Assembly: GCA_047495785.1 (NCBI GenBank)
Contig: JBLDXI010000055.1
Location: 806,001-870,000, forward strand
Length of the DNA: 64,000 nt
Direction of reading: 5' to 3'
From: Lepidodermella squamata
Lineage: Eukaryota; Animalia; Gastrotricha
Shown here: piece by piece, positions 23,550 through 36,729 of the stretch
How the letters are laid out: each line of letters begins with the position of its first letter
How positions within the stretch are numbered: the stretch's first letter is position 1
Position numbers and translations under genes: made by a program
The notes under the pieces: model-generated
The model's input: only the letters and a program-made list of their open reading frames with translations
Databases searched by the model: none
What the model was told of the DNA's origin: nothing

Positions 23550-25644
23550 ATGGCTCTGCCTGAATCTAGTACTTTGTCGAAGAGCTTTCTTGTGAGTTTT
23601 GAAATAAGAGGAAACAATTTAAAAAATGTGTACATTTTTGCTTTTCAGGGTTTGATTTGTGCCATTTGCCAGGAGCAATACGTCCGTCCTGTCATCCTCC
23701 GATGTGGTCACACTTTTTGCGACCGATGCGTTCGCCAAATCGCAAAACGTATCCCAACACCTCGAAAGCCGACGGTCCCAATCAACGAACGTATCGCAGT
23801 GATGTGCCCAGAATGCCACGAGGAAGTTTTCTACCCCAAGGATGAAGATTTCAGACCAAATGCTGCTATTCAGCGGATTCTAGATCAAATGCAGGAACCG
23901 AAAACAGCTGGTGAAAAGCGGCTTGGAATGACGTGTGATCATATAGTGACAATTGACAGGAAATCGAAGTGCAACCATTGTGGCCAATCATTCTGCGAGG
24001 CCTGCTTACTTTGCCATAAAGAACGGCTCCGAATGGACATTGAATGGCTCGCAGGTGATGTAAGTCTTCGAGTTAACTGAACCTTCGATCCACCTTAATA
24101 TTGTTTCCTTATAGTACGTTGATCGCTTGAGGACGAGCATAGCATTTATGGAAAGTCATTCGGAATCAATCCAGGAAACTCTCGATAAAAAGGTTGCCGA
24201 TACTGTGGGCGAACTAAATGATTTCACTAATAATTTGGTGGCGAGATTCAGCGATTTTATCAAATCAAGACGAGAAGATTTAGAGGGGAAAGCTCAAATC
24301 GCAGCTGCATCTATTGCTTCTCAACGCGATTTTATACTGGAAGAGGCGAAGAAGCACCTCGAATCGATGGAAAATGATGTTTTGAAGCCGGTCGACTTTG
24401 TGCGGAACCAATCGTCGTTCAGCTTACAAATTGACGAGCTCGCAAATTTGAGGGAATTATTGGTTTCCAGGGATCATGAGGTTGAATCGTGGCGATGCAA
24501 GCTTAATTTGTTAAGTATTTTTTCTTAGATTTCCAAGGTCAGGAATTTCGCCTCCCGAGTTTCTTCCTTCGATCTTCACTACGCACACGCTGCATGGATG
24601 GAAACCTTTCCTGAACCGGAAATTTCAATTGGGGATGTTATTTTCTCCAAAATCGAAGACAATCACGAATTCTCTGATGCTATTGAGCTTCGAAGTGCAG
24701 TTGAAGCTCGGGATTTCGACAAAATTACTCATATTTTCAAACGCCCGAAGCTTTCAGAGGAAATCATGTTCGATCTGATGAAACCTCACTTGATCGGTTC
24801 TGTTAAATCGGACGATTTGGAATTATTCCAGTTATTGCTCAAAATTGCTAACGAGCCTAAGAAATCGAATACATCGAAAGTCTGCTCGGATTTTGAACTT
24901 GCCCATGTGGCTGCAAGCTCTGGTAGCCCGAAAGTTCTGGATTTTATTTTGACCGAATTTCCTGATTTAATCGACTCAAAAAGTGGAGATGGAAAAACAT
25001 TACTTATTTCGGCTTTAATGTCCGGAAAATTTGACTTGATTCATTACCTCGTCGAGGAGAAGTCATTTGACGTTAATTCAACTGAATCAAAGGAATCGCC
25101 GTTGATTTTCGCTATCAAAGAAAAGTATTACGACGCTGCTCAGTATCTCGTGATAAAGGGAGCTGATGTTACTGTAACTGACGAGGCTGGAAATTTACCG
25201 ATTCATTTAGCATGCCGAAATGAATCATTGGACGTAGTCAAGTCGATCTTAGCTATCGACCCATCGCAAATTGAGTCTCGCAATAGACCACCCTTCAACC
25301 GAACCCCCTTAATGGTCGCGTGTGCGACGGGTTGCTACGACATTGTGTGCTATTTGCTGGAGCAAGGCGCTGACGTAGATGCCGAAGACGGAAATTCATT
25401 CCTAGCGATTCATTACGCGGTTTCAAAGGGCGATTTAGTGATTTTGGAGAAGCTCTTTTCATCCTATCCGTATTTGTTGAATGTCACTCGCATGGGCAAA
25501 TCGATCGAACAGTCTGCGAATAAGCAATCTGGCATTATTTCGATGATTGACGGTCTACGGAAACGGCATGGCATGGAACGACCCGTTCAACCTGCTGTCA
25601 ATGCTGACGAACAAAAATTACCAAAACGACGCAGGACCAGCTAA
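23550..25644 (+). CDS. RING-Bbox-like-coiled coil-ankyrin protein, copy 1
   Basis: Four exons (introns about 23592-23648, 24060-24114, 24481-24528). RING CAIC..CGHTFCDRC..CPEC; CDH..CNHCGQSFCEACLLCH; ankyrin repeats (TPLMVACATG, AIHYAVSKG); ends KRRRTS. Confidence 0.9.
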
Positions 25645-25793
25645 ATGTTACTTTCAAGAGACTGTTTTCTCATTTATTTTTACCCTAATTTGTACATCAT
25701 TTTTACTAAAGATGTAAAATTTTTACTTGTGCAAAATAAATTAATTTGTTTCGATAAATAAATTGTTGACTGAGTTTTTTAGAAAATTTTTGA

Positions 25794-27892
25794 ATGGCAA
25801 CTAATATTAGCAGTAACAGCGATTCGAAGGCTAATTCCAATTTCACGGTAATATTTTTTCATGGTGATTCAATTGAAATTGACACGATTCCACCAGGGCT
25901 TGACTTGCTTGATTTGTAAAGAGCGATTTAACAAACCGGTACTGCTTCCGCAATGTGGCCATACGTTTTGCGAGAAATGCATCATGCCACTAGCGAGGCA
26001 GCCGCCGAATGGCAATGCGAACGCTAAGCGAGAGGCGATATGCCCAGATTGTAGTGTCACGAGTTGTATGCCAAAAGCTGGTTTTCGGATCAATTCGACC
26101 TTGCAAAACCTGCTCGAGCAAATATCGAAGTCAACATCGGATGATTCGCCTCTCGGCATGGCCTGTGACCATTTCATAGCGAACCAAAATAGGACGGAGT
26201 GCGGTCACTGTAAGAAGTCGTTTTGTGACGCTTGCCTCCTCTGCCATAAAGAAAGGCTGAGATTAGACATTGAATGGCTAGCAGGTGGGGTAAGCAAGTT
26301 CAATCTTCAAGTTACCTATGCCCAATATTTTACTAAATCGATATTTTAGTACGAAGACCGGCTGAAACAAAGTATTATGGCTCTTGAATCCGATAAAAAC
26401 GCTATTCAGGCTTCCATCGACCAAAAGTTGGCGACAGCTGAAGCTGGGATCGAGAAATTTGCGGCGGATCTGACAAATCAGTTCACAAATCTAGTAAATG
26501 CTGAGAAGGTGAAAATGATCGAGGCAATTCGACATGTTGCGCAGATGATGGATAAAAATCGCGAAGACCTTTTAGCTGAAATTAAGCAGAATCTGGAAAC
26601 GGTGATGAAAGACATTACGATGCCGGCTGAACGAATAATGAGACAATCGTCCTTTCGACTAAAAATCGACGAAATTGTTTCGATGCGAGAAACACTCGTC
26701 AAACGGGATAACCAAGTTTGATTGATACAATTTTCTTATTTTTTTATTCATATTTTTTTTGCTTTTCCAGGTTTTTCGCGCTAAGAATTTTGCCTCCGAT
26801 GTTTCAGTTACTAAATTGCGTTTTGTTCCAAACTTTCAAGTGACCGTCGATCCGGGAACCGGTAGTATAACAGCTCTCACCCTGGGGAAGGCTAACTATG
26901 TGATAGCCTTGCCATGCGGTAACTTTTCAGACATCGTTGAGCTTCAAAAAGCGATTGCTGCTCGCGATTTCGCTAAAGCTGGGTCTATTTTTCGGCGCCC
27001 AAATCTACCCGAGGAAATAATGCTCGACATGGTGAAGCCGCATTTACTTAGAGCAACTCAATCGGATGATGTTGAAGTTGTGGAAAATTTACTGGAATTT
27101 GTCGGTCATGTTAACTGTGAGACACCCAAACAAGCCGTCGCCGACTTCGAACTAGCCCATTTAGCTGCTAATCGGGGCAGCCTTAGAGTTTTAAAATCAA
27201 TACTAGCCAAATTTCCGGATTTTGTCTCTTCAAAACAAAGGACTGGGTCGACTTTACTGCAATGCGCTATTTCATCCGGCACTCTGGCGGTTGTTCAGTA
27301 TTTGGTATCGGAGAAATCGATGGATGTTAATCCGACTGATTGTAAAGACTCACCCCTCATTCAAGCGTGCAGAGCTTCGAAGTTCTGCATTGCTAAATTT
27401 TTGATTGATAAGGGAGCCGAAGTGTCGACTTTTGATGAGAGCAGTGGATTAGCCCCTATCCACTACGCTTGTCGAAATAAGAACTTGGATCTTGTCAAGC
27501 TGATTGCGTCTCGAGACATTGCCTCTATCAATTTCCGTGCCAAAAATAACACTCAATCTACGCCCCTGATGCTAACCAGATGTCCTGGTATAGTTTCTTA
27601 CTTACTGGAAAATGGTGCGAGCGCTCTAACTGCGAATAACAACGGCTACTCGGCCATTCATTACGCAATCGTGAGAGGTGATGCGGACGTTATCAAGAGA
27701 CTGGTTGCGCTGCGCCCTCTCGTTCTTAATGAAAATCCTAATGCTCAGTCCGTGGAAGAGTACGCAAGTATTAAAAAGCCCGAATTGGTTCAACTTCTGA
27801 AGACTCTTCGTGAACACCACTCCGTTGCATTGCCAGCGCCTACTGTCGCCAGTCCATGTGAAGATATTCCAATAAAACGCCGCAAAAACTAA
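25794..27892 (+). CDS. RING-Bbox-like-coiled coil-ankyrin protein, copy 2
   Basis: Same four-exon structure and motifs; ends KRRKN. Confidence 0.9.
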
Positions 27893-28248
27893 ATAGACTC
27901 GTAGACAGCGCACGAGAAACAGTTCCAGTCTACCTTTGGATAATATTTATCCTAAGAAGTTTTCTTTGCAATTTTAACTGATTCTGAATTGATGTTTTCT
28001 TGATGTTGAAATGAAGTAAAAAACTAAGCGAATTCGGCGATTAATTTTCATTGAAAATAAAGACGTCCTGATTTCTGACTATGCCACCGAAACGGAATAT
28101 GTTACCGAAAATACAGTTTTTTGTTTAAATACATTTTTACCGACTTCATCCGTTAGCAGGTGGCTTTTTTATTGAATTGTTCGTTTTTTTTCGCCGTAGT
28201 TCGCGATATTTAGCGTGATTTACCTGGAATCGCACTGGCCTTGTAAGC

Positions 28249-30353
28249 ATGACCTCGAACCAGTCGGAAACCATTACAGAAACAATTAGCAATTCATCCG
28301 TAAATTTAATTTTATTCCAACTCAAATTTTTACAAAGATTTTGTTCACAGGGCGTCAAGTGTTCATTTTGCGAACAGCCTTGCGAGCGCCCGATTTTTCT
28401 GCACCAATGCGGCCATCCTGCTTGCGAGAAATGTATGCGTCCCTTTGTTGACGATTTGATTGGGAAGCTGAATTCATCCTCTGCGGTTGGCCAAGTCGTT
28501 GTAAACTGCCCGAAGTGCTCCGCTCCTAATACCTGGGCGGATGCTAACACGGCAGTTCAAATTTTGCTTGCACAAATGTCGAAAACTGTTGAGAACAGTC
28601 AACTCGGAGTAGAGTGTGATCATTTTGTATCTAACGAACTTCGAATATGTTGTGAACATTGCAAAAAGTTGTTTTGTGATGCCTGTCTTCTGTGCCACAT
28701 GGAAATACTCAGAATTGAAATTACATGGCTGGCAAGCGGGGTAAAACAAATTCATTTTTTGCTAGTCAATATTCAAAATTGTCGCCTTATAGTATGAAGA
28801 CCGACTGAAAGCTAGCATCGCATCGCTTGAAGCTCAGAATAACTCAATTCATGCTACGATCAATGAAAAAGTGACTGCTACGGTTGCGGAGATCAAAAAG
28901 TGTGCCGAAGATACGATTCTAAAATTTACGAACCACGTCAACCAAAAAGCTGCTGAATTGATTGATTTCACAATGAAGATACCTGACGCGATCAACCTCG
29001 AGCGGAATGAATTGCTTGCTCAAGCAAAGGATCATATCGAAAACGCAACTAAGGACGTAGTACAGCCTGTTCAAAAGCTGTTGAAGCTCAATTCGTATCG
29101 CTGGAAGTTGAATGAGGTGATGAGCGTGCGTGAGATGTTAATAGACAGAGACAAGGAGGTAAAAACCCAAGTTCACATTTTTGCGTTCGGCATTTTTTTA
29201 AGCTGGATTTTTTCAGATTTGTCGCGCTGATAACTTTGCCGCGGATGTATCGGCGTCGACCTTGAAATTTTCGCCTGCTGAAATGTTGTCTTATAACGAC
29301 GAAAATTTCTTTGGAAAAGTTATTCACGAGAAAGTTACATTATCAGACCAAGGTTTTACTTCTGACTGGGTCGAGCTGGATAAAGTTGTTAAAACCCGTG
29401 ACTTTCATGCGGTTTCACGAACTTTAAGACGCCCAGATATTCCTGACGAGGCGGTAGTCGATTTGCTTGAAATACATGCAAGAAAATCAGTTGAATCGGA
29501 TGATGTGGAAGCGCTTGAAAAATTTATCGATTTGATGGATAAACTTGATGAGGAGATATCTCGACGTGCATGGGCCCGATATGAAGTAGCGAATTTAGCT
29601 GCAACGCTGGGCAGCCGCAAAATCTTGGAAAAATTTCTAGAAAAATTCCCGTGTTATGTAAACTTGCGAAACTCTTCAAACGAAAACCCGCTGATTTGTG
29701 CTATCAAGGCCGGGAATTTAGATATTGTGAAATTTTTGGTTGAAGATAAATCTGCTGATGTATCCATTCCTGGTACCAACATTTCACCGTTGAATGAAGC
29801 CATGAAATTGGGAAAATTTGAAATCGCCAAGTTTTTGATGGATTATGGGGCTGATGCTAACGTTTTCGATGATCAAGGATTTGCTCCTATCCACTATGCA
29901 TGCAAGTTCAAGTCTTTGGAAATGGTTAAAACGATTATAGCTAAATACCCAGATCACGTTAACTTGAAAATGAAAGAGGAACGCGAAAGAGTCCCGCTGA
30001 TGCATGGTTTTAACCCTGAAATATTGCAATTCTTTTTGGAACACGGTGCTGATGTTAATATTGCTGATGCCCAAGGATTCCTAGTTGTCCATTACGCTAT
30101 TATTTGGGAGGATGCTGTTGTTCTTGAGAAATTAATCAAAGAGAGGCCTCGTCTCTTGAGCGCGAAAGTCAAAGACCTAGCCTTGGAAAACAGTGTGAAA
30201 TGCAAACCCGCCATGCTCGAGCTGATCAAATCGCTGCGGACGCGCTTTGGAGGCATTTTCCTGATCAGACCAACGGTGGTAGCACCAAAGGTGGTTGCAC
30301 CAACGGTGGTAGCACCAAAGGTGGTAGCCATTGCAAAGCGCCGAAAACTGTGA
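28249..30353 (+). CDS. RING-Bbox-like-coiled coil-ankyrin protein, copy 3
   Basis: Same structure, with a PTVVAPKVVA duplication near the C-terminus; ends KRRKL. Confidence 0.9.
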
Positions 30354-30512
30354 TGAAACAATCTGGTTTCCACCTGCAAACAACAGGAACGAGATGCTTG
30401 ACTTTCGAAAATCGTGATTAAATGTTAACGCAACCTTGCTGGATCTGTGCAAATCTATGCAACTAAATGTGAAAATATCTGTGCAAATATAATAATCTTG
30501 GAGCTGTGCAAA

Positions 30513-31364
30513 TGTCGTAGTCTAATAAGCAATTTAGTTGGATTGGGAATCTAACTAACTAGTTTTTTGCCAATTTGCTTAACCCTTAGCCGCCGAAGAC
30601 GTGTACACGCGTTAATTCCGGAGAAAATTCACCGTGGTCGGAGCATTTGGGCTATCGAACCCATTGTTGCGTCATAAATTATGATAAATCAATAGCAAGA
30701 AACAAGCACTCCCCGAAAATCCAAATTTTCAAAGCCATTCCGACCAGGTCGAAAATAGTGAGAAAAATTTCAAGTGACTTGTTAACACCTCATGAAAACG
30801 CGTTAACACGTCATAGCAACGGCAACCCAGGTAAATTTCTTCTGAAAAAGAGGTTCGGCTGTCAATCTAAGGCTAAATGTAAGACTTTCTGCCGACTCAG
30901 AATTTGATTTTAGCCTCTTCTTGATTTTCTGGGATTTTCTGAAAGGTGCTCTGAAAGGGTTAAAAACCTAGTTTAGTATTCCGTAATAGTTGATCCCATC
31001 CCAAAATTTTTTATTAAGTGGCAAAATATTACGGAATTTCCAGGAAATGTTGAGAACCCAGACCTGAAGAATGTCGGGAGTGGTTTACTTGTCCTTCTGC
31101 CTCGATAAACGGGAATGGCTCAACCATAAAGAAATTTGATTTCACCGAGTTGAAATATGGCGCAAAAATAGCCTAAAATGCATTTTTAACCGTGTTTGAC
31201 GCTATAAATTAATTCTGGTTGTTCAAAACCTAAGCCTCTCTCCAGGCAGGTAATAATTTGCGCAATAATTGTGTTTGATTGCCTCATAAACTAGTTTTTA
31301 AAAAAGTTGCTCATTAAACTAGTTGGATTCTTAATCCAACTAAATTGCTTATTTGACTACGACA
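30513..31364. mobile_element. Non-autonomous Ginger-like element (TGT..ACA termini, 4-bp TSD)
   Basis: About 50-bp imperfect TIRs (tgtcgtagtctaataagcaatttagttggatt / aatccaactaaattgcttatttgactacgaca) with CAAA on both flanks. Same terminus as the relic at 15655. Confidence 0.8.
30583..30959. mobile_element. piggyBac-like MITE nested in the Ginger-like element
   Basis: TTAA|CCCTT ... AAGGG|TTAA; the TIR match is short. Confidence 0.5.
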
Positions 31365-31549
31365 CAAATATGTGTAATATTTGCGATAGTGTATTATTTT
31401 TTACTCTGCTGAGTGCTATTGACTCAAGAATAAATTGGAACGTTGGATTGTCATTACCAATTGAATTATTTTTTATAACAATTTCTTCCCAGAATTCAGC
31501 GCTAATTTTGACAAACTGACATTGACTATTTCTCAATTCGTCTGGAATC

Positions 31550-33611
31550 ATGGCTTTAAGCCATTCAGATATCTTCCCTGCCGTAGACAGCAATATCTCA
31601 GCCGACGTAAGTCACTCGAAATTTCAGATTTAAATGTATTTTAAACTTCAAATAGCTGCTGAGTTGCTCAGTGTGCCGAAAGCTTTACGAGCGGCCGATT
31701 GTTCTGCCCCAGTGTGGTCATACCTTCTGTGAGAAATGTGTTCAATTAGCTGAAAGTACAGAGGAAAGTATCGAATCTGTTCAGGCTGAACAAACCGTTG
31801 TTATCTGCCCTGATTGCCGTACTTCCAGCATTTTCCCGCATGAATCAGGATTCAAGCTGAACACTGTGGTACAAAGGATCCTTGACCGATTGCGAAAACC
31901 AGTGGCTGACAACAGGCAACTTGGAATGATGTGTGAGCATATAGTATCATCTAAAAACCGAACTTGCTGCCGGCATTGCCAAAAATCGTTTTGCGACGCT
32001 TGCCTTTTGTGCCACAAGGAAAAACTGAAAATTGACGTTGCTTGGTTGGCCAGCGGGGTAAGAGTCCATTCGAAAAATTTCGTAAATTTGAAGGAATTCT
32101 CGAATATTTTTAGTATGACGATCGATTGAAAGCCAGTATAGCTCTGCTTGAGGGCCACAGCGATTTTATCCATGCTACTATTGCAGATAAAGTGGTTGAT
32201 ACTGTCGCTGAAATTAAAACATGCGCTGCAGATGTGATTCGAAAATTCACAAATTCCATCAATTCGAAAATGATTGAAATGATCGAATCTACGCAGAAGA
32301 TAGCTGACGATGTCATTGTTGAGCGCAACGAGCTACTACTACAGGCCAAGCATCACCTCGAAACAGCTACCAAAGACATTTCCTGTTCAGACGCTTCTGC
32401 AACAGAATTCGTTTCGCTCGAAATTAGATGAAATAATCAGCATGCGAGAACTTTTGACGGACCGTGACGCGGAGGTAACACTCGAAATTTTAAATTTTCT
32501 GTAGGTTCCGATTCCATTAGAGAATTTTATTTTTCAGATTTGTCGGGCCAGCAATCTTGCTGCTGACGTGTCTTCATCGAAGCTTCAATTTTTGCCCGCC
32601 GATATTACTGCCGGTGCTGAGCTACGATTCGGCGAAGTTATCTACGAAAAATTCAGAATTTCTGACCGTTACACGTCTGACTTTGTTGAGTTGGGAAAAG
32701 CTATTACAACCCGGGACTTCGAAAGGGTCTCTCAAATTCTGAGGCGTCCTAATATCCCCGATGAGTCGGTAGTCGATTTGCTTGAGCCACATGCAAGAAA
32801 AGCGGTTGAATCTGACTATGTCGAGGCCCTTGAAAAATTCATTGAGTTGACGGATAACTTTGAATTCGAAATATCTCTGAGAGCATGGGGTCGCTACGAA
32901 ATTGCAACAACGGCCGCGAAATTGGGCAGCCGCAAAACTTTGGAGAAGTTTCTAGAGACTTTCCCGCGTTATGTAAACTCGAGAAATTCGTCAAACGAAA
33001 ACCCGCTGATTTGTGCCATTAAAGCTGGGAATTTGGAAGTTGTGAAATATTTGGTTGAAGATAAATACGCAAATGTTTCCCTTCCTGTAGCAATCAAATT
33101 AGGCAATTACGAAATTGCCAAGTTTTTGATGGATTATGGGGCTGATGCTAACGTTTTCGATGAGAAAGGTCTCGCCCCTATTCATTACGCATGCAAGGCC
33201 AAATTGTTGCCGATTGTCGAAATGATAATCGCTAAATATCCAGATCATGTTAACCTGAAGACAAAGTCGCGGCATGTAATGGTTCCGCTCATGCTTGGCT
33301 GTGACGTTGACATCATTCGCTTTTTATTGGAACATGGCGCTGACGTTGATATTGCTGATAGCCTTGGGTACCTAGCTGTCCACCATGCTATTATAATTCA
33401 CGGCAATTCTACTGCTTTGGAGAAATTAATCGTAACAAGGCCTCATTTGTTGAATGCAACTCTGGCTGGTCGTAATCTGGAGTCTTTTGCTAAAACCAAA
33501 CCTGTTATATTAAAACTCATCGCTTCTCTACGCGAGCGCTTCGCTATTCCTGCTCAGCTTTCATCATCGTCTGCTGGTATCGATAACGCTGCGAAGCGTC
33601 GAAAGATCTGA
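31550..33611 (+). pseudogene. RING-Bbox-like-coiled coil-ankyrin copy 4, frameshifted in exon 3
   Basis: Near 32380, 'gac att t cct gtt cag' versus copy 5 'gac gtt tcg ctt cct gtt cag' (5 nt missing) gives a stop at 32431. The ankyrin exon is still open but has an 8-aa deletion. Confidence 0.75.
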
Positions 33612-34372
33612 AAAGGTTCAATCTTGATCGTAACTCGAACTAAGATTCATGATTGTTTTGTTTTGTTGTTGTTTTTTGTAATTATCTATGTATGTACCCC
33701 TTTCTCTAACAATTCGGCGAGTCGCAGTGACGAACACGGCGACAATCAGCTTGAAGCATCTCTCGAAACTATCTCATGATATAATCGAATTTTTTGATGC
33801 AAGCATCATTTTAATCGGAAATAAATTGCTTTTTTAGAATTTGATTACTATATTGACAAGTTCTTAAATAAACGGTCTCTAGCGTTACCTGACCATGGAG
33901 TGCCCAACTGCGGTGGTTTTCTGTATTTTCTCTGCCGGTGCTCAGGTCTTTCATCTGCTCTGCCTGTCTTTTTCTCCCGTATTTTCTTTGACTGTGTTAC
34001 TCGTTACTTTGGCCCAGGAGAAAGACAAGAACTGAATGACCGATGATTTTTTTTAATTTAATTTATTTTCAGATATCCGATATTAGTGATTTTAAGTTTA
34101 ACTTAGTGGAGCCTCATTGGTTGGCTCAAAAAGCGCGCGACACGTGCCGCTTTATTTATTTCTTCACGATCACTTATCGCGCGTTTTCTAAAACTAAAAA
34201 CTATCAACCTATTAAAAATTGTGGATTCACTAGTTCGACTAAGCAACCACAAGCTGTTAAACTTCTCAAAAGATTACGCTGCCCGTTGCTCACTCAATTT
34301 CACAATATTGTTTTTCGCCTCAGATTTCAGCAATAAGCTAGGAAATCTTGGCTAGGAAAATTAAGCTTATTT

Positions 34373-36441
34373 ATGGCTTCGAGTCAGTCTGTAGACAGCA
34401 GCATTTCGGCTACTGTGAGTTTAATCAAATTTGAATTAGTCTTGAATAATTTTCAAGGGTATTCATTCAGCTGTTGAACTGCTCCGTATGCAAAAAGTTT
34501 TACGACCGGCCTGTTGTTCTGCCTCAGTGCGGTCACACCTTCTGTGAGAAATGTGTTCAATCGATCGCAAAGAAGCAATTCTCATCAGGCAGAGGTGCTG
34601 TTAAGGGTGACAACTCTTTTGTGATTTGCCCTGATTGCAACATTGTCAATATTACTCCGGCCGGAACTGGGTTCACGCGGAACACAGCGATACAAGGCAT
34701 CTTGCAGCAGTTGCATAAAACGGCCTCAGATGGAACGGAATTAGGAATGGCGTGTGAACATGTCGTGCCAACTGAGCATCGAACTGAGTGCGGCCACTGT
34801 AATAGGTCGTTTTGCGACGCCTGCCTTCTTTGTCACAAGGAAATGTTCAAAATCGATATTGCGTGGTTGGCCAGCGATGTAAGATTTCCGGAATGACTTG
34901 GTTTACTCATTTCATTTTGACTATATTTAGTACGAAAACCGATTGAAAGACAGTATAGCATCGCTAGAAAGCCAGGGTGACTTAATTAAGGCTACTATCG
35001 ACGAGAAGAAGACCACAACTCTTGCTGAGATCAAAAGATGTGCAGAAGATGCGATTCGAAGAGTCACAGACCACATCAACTCCAAAGCGGCTGAAATGAT
35101 CGATTTTACCCTAAAGAAAGCAGAAGAACTTCGCGCTGAGCGCAATGAGCTGCTAAAACAGGCCAGGGAACACCTCAAAACTGCTAGCAAGGACGTTTCG
35201 CTTCCTGTTCAGACGCTCTTGAAGCTGAATTCTTTTCGTCTAAAATTGAGTGACGTAATCAATATGCGAGAGTGTCTGATCAATCGAGACGAGGAGGTTA
35301 ATTTCTTCAAATTCAAGAATCATATTAACAAAGCTAGATTTTCCAGATTTGTCGTGCCAACAATTTTGCATTTGATGTTTCCTCTTCAGAGCTTCGCTTT
35401 TTGCCTGCTGAGGCGAATACTTGCGGTGATGAAAGCTTGAAATTTGGTGAAGTTGTTTTCGTAAATGTAAGGGTAGCTGACCACTATTACTCGGATTGTG
35501 TTGAGCTGGAGAAAGCTGTGAAAGTGCGAAACTTTGACCGCTTCTCGAAAATTCTGCGGCGCCCTGACATTCCCGATGAGTCGGTTGTTGACTTGTTGAG
35601 TCCATACGCAGTTGCAGCAGCTGAATCTGATGACTTGGAAGCGCTTGAAAAGTTCATTCATCTTTCGTCTGCGCTTGATAAAGAAATATACCTGAAAGCA
35701 TGGGCCGATTATGAGATCGCTATAATAGCCGCAACGCGGGGAAGCCGAAAGGTATTGGAGAAATTTCTCGAAACTTTTCCGTGTCACATCAACACGAGGA
35801 ACTCTTTCGATGAAAATCTGTTGATGTGTGCTATCAAGGCTGGAAACTTGGAGATTGTGAAGTTTCTCGTTGAGGATAGGTCTGCGGAGGTTTCCATTCC
35901 GGGTACCAACATACCGCTGAATGAAGCCATCAAATTGGAAAGATTCGAAATTGCCAAGTTTTTGTTGGATTATGGGGCTGACGCTAACGTTTTCGATGAT
36001 AAAGGTCTTGCTCCTATTCATTATGCTTGCCGATCTAATAATCTTGGAATTGTCGAAGCGATTATAGCGAAATACCCTGATCACATTAACTTGAAAACAA
36101 AAGAAGGTGGGACTGTCCCGCTGATGCATGGATTGCACGTAGACATCATCTCGTTTCTTTTGGAGCATGGTGCAGACGTTGATATCGCTAATTTCAAAGG
36201 GCACCTCACCGTTCACTATGCCATAACCTTTAGCAAGCCTGATGCTTTGGAGAAATTAGTTGAAGAAAGGCCTCACCTATTGAATGCAACTCATGGTGGT
36301 CTAACTCTTGAAGCATATGCTCAATCAAATCCTGACATGCTGAAGTTAATCAAATCTCTCCGCGAGCGTTTTCCCGTTGCCGGTCAGGTACCCCAATCTG
36401 ATGTGAGCATAAACGGCGCAGCAAAATGTCGGAAAATCTAA
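34373..36441 (+). CDS. RING-Bbox-like-coiled coil-ankyrin protein, copy 5
   Basis: Same four-exon structure, intact; ends KCRKI. Confidence 0.9.
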
Positions 36442-36729
36442 CCATGAATCTTCATTTTATTGCAAATTTTTTTAACGCGATTGTCTGTACTCATCTAACT
36501 TTGCTATCTCGAGCGCCCGTATCATGTGTCTATCTTATCTATCTGTTTAATATTTGTCGGGAGGCGTCTTCTGGAATCAGGGTCGTTGGCCACTGCTGTA
36601 TTATATTGTGGGTCACATGAAGTTTGATCACATTTTTGAACACAATAATTCTTTTAATCAAGAGTTTGGTGGTTATTTTCGTAGGTTGGTCTTCCTATAC
36701 CTTGATTAATACCTTGAAGTTCGCGAACC

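Noticed and set aside
35386-36216. 276-aa - strand ORF
   Set aside because: Antisense to the ankyrin exon of copy 5 and not kept open in paralogs.
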